This document shows, one piece after another, positions 52,701 to 61,700 of a DNA stretch of 64,000 bases; within the stretch, counting starts at the first letter, position 1; the number at the start of each line of letters is the position of its first letter. Position numbers and translations under genes: made by a program. This DNA comes from Octopus bimaculoides. Lineage: Eukaryota. A model generated the notes under the pieces. The model had not been told where the DNA came from. It saw nothing but the letters and a program-made list of their open reading frames with translations, and made no database searches. The DNA is taken from the NCBI RefSeq assembly GCF_001194135.2, contig NC_068981.1, positions 158,462,619 through 158,526,618 on the forward strand, read 5' to 3'.

Positions 52701-55700
52701 TATAGTGTTTATTCTGTGTTCACCTTTTGTAGTGGAAGCATGTAGTATGATACAAAAACATGTGTGTTTACGTACAAAGGAAGTTTTGGTTTTTGCTTTT
52801 GCACTGAAAGAAATAACATATAATATTTGTATTACAGCATGTATTCAAGTGTGTAATGAGAACAGTCATTTTGAGAATGTGTGTGTGATAAAATATCTTC
52901 GCTTATGAACCATATATCTTGTGTCGAGGTGAATAGACATGTGAGTCACACATGGGAGACTTGCGCATGGAGCTACAGAGAAGACATATGTCTTTGACTG
53001 AAAGCTGGCATGAACTGGAGAGCTTCTACTGTGTAGCTTGGAATGAGGCTTGTGTCTCAGAACGAGGCTACCGTATCAAAGCAAGACTAGATGCCTCATC
53101 GATATATTCATCTGCTGTGCAGGTCGAATCACATATTACTATGTAATATGTAGCTCTGCTACACTACAATTCATTTAGGGAAATTTATAATTTAGATAAG
53201 TCTGAACCTATCTAAAATTTATAAACTTCACTAATTGTTTTTATTTTAGCATATCAGTCAAAATAGCAACATTTCTTCTGGCTCTTTACATTCAGAGATC
53301 AAATCTCACCAACTTTGCTTGTCATCCTTTCAGGATTAATAAAATACAGTATCAGTCAAGTACTAGGGTTTATGTAATCAACTTGCCTCCTCCCCTCATT
53401 ATTACTAGCCTTGTCCCAAAATTAGAAAGAATTATTATTATTTTTGCTTGCAACAGACATAATCAATTTTTTTGAATTTATAATTGATTTGTTTTGATTC
53501 TCAAAAACATTCCATAAAAATCATTTCAAAATTTTGTTTCTTTTCAAATTTAAGAGTCTGGAATTTTTGGAAATAGTTACCTTCAATATAGTTTTTGTGT
53601 CATATATTTTGACTTTTTCTTTTTTTCTGCTGGTATAGTCTGATTGTTAATTCAGACAGCTTGTTGTTGGTGGTGATGGTGATGTTAGTGATGATGATAA
53701 TGATGACAATGACAATAAAAATGAGATGGAGGATAACAGTGATAATGAGGATGATGAAACAAGAAAAGGGATTATACAGGGTGTCCACAAAGTCTGGGTA
53801 CATGGGGATTAACACATACTTTAAGAAATTATTATTTCTTATACTTAATTGTTTATGTTATGATTTTATTTACTCCATGTACCCATATGGGGATTAACAC
53901 ATACTTTAAGAAATTATTATCTCTTATATTTAATTGTTTATGTTATGATTTTATTTACTCCATGTACCCATATGGGGATTAACACATACTTTAAGAAATT
54001 ATTATCTCTTATATTTAATTGTTTATGTTATGATTTTATTTACTCCATGTACCCATATGGGGATTAACACATACTTTAAGAAATTATTATCTCTTATATT
54101 TAATTGTTTATGTTATGATTTTATTTACTCCATGTACCCAGACCTTGTGGACACCCTGTAGTTATAAAAACAAGATGACAGTAATGAGGAGAAAATAGGG
54201 AGAGATGAGGCAACTGAAATGGAAGAGACAATAATAGAAATAGAGATGATAATAGTTTTCGTAATATTGGTGATGATTGCAATCATGACACATGATATAA
54301 AACTAGTGACTTGTTCACCATTTACAAAATGTTTCACTGGGACACATTTTCTCAAAAACCTTATGCCATGTCACTGTATATGTTCACATCAAAATCAAAA
54401 CAGTTTCTTTTGGTGCACAAAAAAGTACTACCATTAAGTATGGCACATCAACTGATCGTGCCTCTAAAAAGAGCCTTCACAAAATTTTCTGAGCTGCTGA
54501 AAATATTAGCTTAATCTCCCTCAAATCCCATTTTAATGTCTTTAAAAAATGCATTGGATAATGTTGTCCTATTTACACAGGCACATGGCTTAGTGGTTAG
54601 AGTATTCAGCTCATGATAGTAAAGTTGTGAGTTCAATTCCCAGTGACATGTTGTGTCCTTAACCCATTACCTACCAGTGATCTCATATGAGATCACTTAA
54701 AAATTACAAATTTCGTAATTATCTGTCAATATTTACACATATCTAACCTTTTTGCTATATCTACTAGGTATATTTCTCTGATATTCAAATGAGGTTTGCT
54801 AATTTCTCACCCAATATCTCACTTATTTCTATTTAAAATGTTATTTTGAAATGTTATTTTGATCATTCCAGCATGTTTCTAAGGCTGTTTTATGCTAGAA
54901 ATCAAAGTTTAAAAAAAAATTCCAGTTAATAAAATTATGGGAGGTAATGGGTTAAGCATGTTGTATCCTTTATTTCATACTGCTCTAGTTCACTCAGCTG
55001 GCAAAAGAATATGGTACCTGTATTTCAAAGGGGCCAACCTTATCACAGTTTGTTTCATGCCAAATCTCCCTGAGAACCACATTAAGGGTATATGTGTTTG
55101 TGTGCTCAACCTCTTGCACATTATTTTCGGGAATAGTGTATTACGGTGACCAGATCAACTGGAGCCCTTATCATCATAACTGACTGATTGCCAGTATTTA
55201 TACAATATTTGAAACAAAACAAAAAAAGACAAATAGGTTGTTCATAGTTGAAATATTTTTTGACATAGGACTGTTTGATCAGAGTTAGCCAACACCTAAT
55301 CAGCAACAACATCAACAACACTTTCTTTATTTTTTCCCCCAGACTTTACTAGAAGACATACAGTGTGGACTAAATGATTACCTGGAGAAAAAGAGACTAT
55401 TTTTCCCAAGGTAAGAAATAATGCTTTATTCACCCTCTCAGAATGGGGTAAATATTATAACAAAAAATAATTTACAATGTCTAACTAAGGTTAATTAGAG
55501 TGTGAGACAAGGGAAAACAGTATCTTGGATGAGATATGCAGAGTAAAAAACAAAATGTTTACAAAAATTCTGTTGAAGTTGAATTAAATATAGACCACAT
55601 CTTAAAATAAAGCCATTTGATTGACAGGTTAGTGAAGTGAATAAGTTAGCAGTTTGTTCTCTCTAACTATGTCTGGTCAGAACCTTTCTACTGCAGTCAC

Positions 55701-58700
55701 CATCGAAGCCCACAAAAATAAGAGAATCACTGATGTTTTACTATCATCATCATCATATGTCCATTTTCCATGCTGACATGGGTTGGATAGTTCAACAGGA
55801 ATTGGTAAACTAGAGGTCTGTATCAAGCTCCAATGTCTGCTTAAGCATGGTTTCTGCAGCTGGATGCCCTTCCTAATGCCAACCACTTTACAAAGTGTAC
55901 TTGGTGTTTCTTATGTAGTACTGGCACAAGTGAGGTTACCATGTAGGTAGCAAGACAAGACCCTTCGACTGATGTGATTATGTTATAATAAATGATTCTC
56001 ACTGCAACCAACACAATAGCCAACAAATATGTCACCGTGTGGTTGTTTGATATGCTAAAAATAACAACCAAATCTCTCTTTAAACTACATCCTACCACCT
56101 TAGATAAAGAAAGGAAATATTATATATAAAGAGCATTACTACAGAATAATGCTACAGAATACATTTCATTCTGGTAATCGTGAAATCGGTCGATACATAG
56201 TTGAGTTTTTTTTTTTTTAATGTTGGTTTCGTTTGAGGGTTGCTTTTCCTCGCATTCGGTACTAAAATGTGTTTATTTGGGAAGTCTGGTGTGTGGCATT
56301 ATTCTGTAGTAATACCCTTTATATATATATAAACGAATAAGTATATTCTTGGGAATAGAAATTTCCCTTAGGAATTTTTTTACACACTAGCTTCCTGATA
56401 AAATTCTTGTAAAAGATTTTTATCCTATTTTGATTTTATCAACGAAAGGAAATATTAGATAGCTTAACAACATATAGTCTACTTGTTTTTTTGCTCCTCA
56501 TGTGTTAGACTTCATATAAATTTTCAGTGGTGCCAGAGTTCCCTGATCTAATAATATGTTAGAGAACACATTACACCTACAAAGTTATGTTTTTTATCTT
56601 GTAATCAAGGAGTAAGGCAGTGCTCACTACCCATTACAGAAACTTTGAAACTAGTGGGAAGAAAGTATCCTCAAACCAAAGATTTGACCTGGATGCTTGC
56701 AACAGAGTGGACTCTGCTAAAAGTACCCAAAGACTAGGTGGTCACATTTAACCAGGTGATAGATTAAGTCCACCAATCAAGAGACATCTTTTATTCAAAT
56801 AGTGTTTCTTATATTTTGATATTTTTTAATAAATTTAAAGGCAGTGAAATGGCAGAATTGTTAGCATGCAGGGCAAAATTCTTAGTGGCATTTCGTCCAT
56901 CCTTACATTCTGAGTTCAGATGCTGCTGTGGTCAACTTTGCCTTTCATCCTTTTGGGGTTAATAGGATAAGCACCTGCTGAACACTGGGGTTAACGTAAT
57001 GGAATTACACCTTCTCCCAAGATTGCTGGCCTTGTGCCAAAATTTGAAACAAATATTTTTTAATGAATTTCATGATTTGGTTTCAGATTCTTTTTCTTAT
57101 CTAATGATGAACTTCTCGAAATTCTCTCTGAAACCAAAGACCCTTTACGTGTGCAGCCTCATTTGAAGAAATGTTTCGAAAGCATTGCCCAGTTGGTTTT
57201 CACCCCTGAGAAAGTTATTGTAGCCATGGAATCATCTGAAAAGGAAAGGGTGAATTTCTGTACCAATATTGTCCCATCTGAAGCACATGGACTTGTTGAA
57301 AAATGGCTTCAACAAGTAAGTTAAACAACAATTGCAGTGATAATTGGTTAAATTGTCAGTTAAAAATTACCTCAATTTATACGTTCATTATTGGGTTAGG
57401 TTTGTTCAAATAATAATATAGTTTCATCATCATTGTTAAACAATCATTTTCCATACTGGCATGAGTTGGATGTCTTGACAGAAGCTGATGAGCCAGAGGA
57501 TTGTACCAAGCTCCAATGTTTGTTTTGGCATAGTTTCTATGGCTGGATGCCCTTCTTAACACCAACCACTTCACAGTGTAATGACTATATTTATGTGGTG
57601 CTGGCACTAGTGAGGTCACCAAGTAACTTGTAAGACAAGACCCCTCTTCTGAAGTGTGGGTACTACTGAGGGAGGTGGCTTTATGCTAGGTGATGAGATG
57701 TTAAAGCATGATACATGGATGAGAACAGCAGTTTTTCAAAGAAGATATACATGGCTGTCTCAGTTGGAAAATGAGGGATTGAGTCAAAGATGTGTCAGGA
57801 TGTACCCTCAAGTTACAGGGCAAATATAAGAAAAGTGGTCAAGAGGATTGGGCAGAGTGAATGGATAGGTAAGTTTACAAGAGTGTGAAACGAGAGGGGC
57901 AGATGGATAGAGATGAGGATAGAAGTGAATGCAGTGAATGGTGAGCACAGGTGGAGGCATGATCAATGGGGAAACATTAAATATATAGGAAATAGGGAGA
58001 ATTAAAGTTTATTACCAACTGGAAATTGGATAGCCCTCATCTGGTACTATTTAGCTCTCATCAATACAACATTGGTGATTGCATCCAGTACATGGATTTA
58101 ATCACTGTTGTTTGAAGAATAAGTTATCTTTGATCTGTTTTCCATTAACTTCAGGTAGAGCATGCAATGAAACTAAGTCTGAAACAAGAAATGGCTAAAG
58201 CTGTGGAGAGTTATATCCAGAATCATCGAAACAAATGGGTTTTAATGTGGCCCGGACAGATTGTGCTGGCAGCCAGCCAGGTACATTGGACAGCTGAAAT
58301 TACAAAGGTTTGGTAGAAATGATATTTCTATATCTTAAATTAAGTTAAGAAAAGACATTGGAAATTATTTTTATGATTAACTTCATCTGTTATTATTGTA
58401 ATCTCCGATCTTCCTCAGGTTTCATATTTCAAGCTTATTTTTAATACATATGACTTCCTAGTTTGAACATGTACAACTTTATGTTATGAATGTATTCAGC
58501 TGCATATTTTGATTATGTACAACTTCTTCAAAAATTACAAGGACTTGTTACCCTGTATTAAATGGTTATTTACCATTTTCCTTTAGGATGTTCTTTGAAA
58601 TATTGTATAAACTACAATTTAGGTTCAAATAAGTAATATCTTATCATCCACTGAGTCATTGGTGTACCACTGAATACTTCTACTTCAAAAAGCTAATGAG

Positions 58701-61700
58701 ATCATCTCTACATTATCACCTAACCTGCTAAAAATAGAAGCTAAATCTTTCCCAAATAGCATACTACCATCTTCAATAAACAGAGAAACATTGGACCATT
58801 TTTCTTTGTTTATTTAAAGTGTTGACTGGAGAGAGATTTAGCTGTATTACCCTAATAAAACATGATGGAATGGTCACAGAAGGAACGTCTTTGATCATTG
58901 GTCTGCTCAACCTGCAGTTGTTGTTTAACCTAGGGTTAAACAATAACTTAGTATAATCCAGTTGCAGAATACAATACTGGAATCTTTAACTAATACTTTA
59001 TCAAATCAGTCACCACGTACAATTCAAATAATCTTTACTCTATGAGATTGGTGAAATGAATAAAAGCAGTGAAATTTGTGGTTAAATATAGCATGATTTG
59101 TTTCTTTTTAACAAAATTAATTTGGATACATTTTTCTTTTTATCCATTGTAGGCCATCGAAAAGGGGTCTATCCAGCAATATGTGGAGAAAAGGCAACAC
59201 CACATTGAAGAAATTGTGGAAATTGTTCGTGGTAATATTTCAAAAATGGCCAGAATCACTCTTGGAGCTCTCATTGTCATTGATGTTCATGGTAAGAGAT
59301 AGAAGTTCAGTTACTCTTCATGTTGTTCATATTTAGTTGAAAAAATGTTGCACACAAGAACATTGATTTTTTCACAATGATTATTGTTATAATTGGTGTT
59401 GTTGTAGTTCAGCTCCAGGTCAACCCTGATTGAAAAGATTTATGATCAAAACATTTACACTATGACCATCCTTTCATAAGTTATCCATAATAGTCTCTAG
59501 CCTGAAAGTCCTGCAAAACAAACCAGCTAGTTCATCCTCATCAATGTGTAAGGTTTTTCCAAGCACATCATTGCACTTATCAACAGTTGGTTCCCTATAT
59601 ATTACAAAAGTGGAACTTTCACCAACTGCATTGCTCTGTTTGTAGAGAGTTATGAACACCTGATGACTTTCCAGATGCCAGGCACCCTGACTGGTGTGTT
59701 GTGGTAGTAGCAGCATCCATTGTCTTCCCCCTCATTATTTACATTTCAGAGAATTGTAGTTGTTGTTGCCTCTGCAACTGCCTATCGCTACTCTTCTCCT
59801 ACTTTTCCTGTTCCCTTGTTAAGCAGCAGGGCCTTTATATGGTTTGTACTCCCATATATGTGTGGCAGGTGGAATTCTCACCTGCACCATTAGTCTGATT
59901 GACCTCTTTTCCATTCCCACAATGGAGTAAAATTCTGAGATAGTCTCATGTTCTTCATGCATCTAAAGATACACAGACTCTATGACTACATGTTGTTAAG
60001 TGTCACCTCTGTGCTCCCCACCTACCCATACTGTACCACAAAGGTGACAATAAACTAAGGGCCCACATCAACACAAATATCTCTGGCTGTGAGCCTTATA
60101 TTCCTCTTGCTTGTATACTTACACCAAGTTTCCATATTCTCTTGTCTTTATCATTTCTTTGTTTCTCTTACTTTTTCCCAATTAGCTCGAGATATTGAGT
60201 CCCAGTTAATCAGTTCTCAAGTAAGTAATGTACAAGACTTTAACTGGATTAGCCATTTGCGGTACTATTTTGAAGACCAGTCTGTAATAGTTCGAATGGT
60301 GACCACCTCAGTTGCATATGCCTATGAATATCTGGGGAATTCAAGCCGTCTCGTAATCACACCACTTACAGACAGGTGTTACAGGTGAGCAACAGTTTAT
60401 GGATTTGTATTACATCTAATTTATTTCCCTGTTATTGTTATTGTTGCTTTTGTTGCCATCCCTCTTTGTGTGATTGGGGAACAGTATTTCTGAACTGTAG
60501 CGATTATGGTTAGCTGCTCTGTGGCATTAGACAGCAGCATGTTTCTGTGTATTATTTCATTTGTGGACAATTATGAAATTTTATATTAATTAAAATCAGT
60601 TAAAAATTTCTTGGGAACACAGTACTTGAATGTTGATTTGATAAAATATGTATTAAAAAATTGTTCATTAATATTGATGAAATTTATTCTTAAAGTAAAA
60701 CTTTCGTTGATGTGATTGTATTAATAATGTGCACAAACATTTTGTATATGCATCATTTTGCACATATGTTTAGTGTGTATTAGTCAATTCTTTTTAACTT
60801 TTGACATTTTTTAGAACTCTTATGAGTGCCATCAGATTAAATTTGGGTGGAGCACCTGAAGGACCTGCTGGAACTGGGAAAACAGAAACATCAAAAGATT
60901 TAGCAAAAGCAGTTGCAAAACAGGTAGTACAACTAATATGATATATTCAGCGGGTTAGATATCAAGTGGTGCAATGAAAATTATCTCAGTAGTAAATGTT
61001 ATCAAAATAAAACAAAACCTAGAAACAATAAATAGCATAGATTACAGCATACTGGACATGTATATGGACGACTCAACAGGGTGAGATGAATAATCAGATG
61101 GAAGACTAGAAATTTGGATCCTGTCACACACAATTCATGTAGCCCTAAGTGGGCACCATATATATATTTATATATTGTTATAGTTCACAACTGTAAATTG
61201 TTGTGTATTTTTCTAAACTCACAATATTGAGTTCAACTCATCCTGAGAGTTTAATGAATGTAATAGGAAATCATTCCAGTTTTAGTCTTATCTTGAACCT
61301 CAACATGAAAATTAGATTTACAAGTGTGCTTCAGTTTTCTGTTTTCAAGAAAATGTAACATACTGTAATAGGCCCCAATACACATAATTTAAATCCTGGG
61401 CTGAGTGGAAACCAAACTGCTTTGAAATTTGGTAAGATACATTCTATAGATAAAAACAATATAATTGCTTTTATATTTGATAATGCTTAACAAACTTCAT
61501 CAATGAGCAAAGCTTTCTGATTTTATGGTGCAGAAACACAGAAACTGAAAAATGACTTAACAAGCAGCTAAGAACAACTTCACATGCTCATGAATTATAT
61601 TATACTTGAAGTAATCTAGAAAGATCATTAAACAACGAAGGGAAATTTGAAAACAAACAAAACTATTTGATATTTTATCATTTTATTAAGTGACCCTCAT

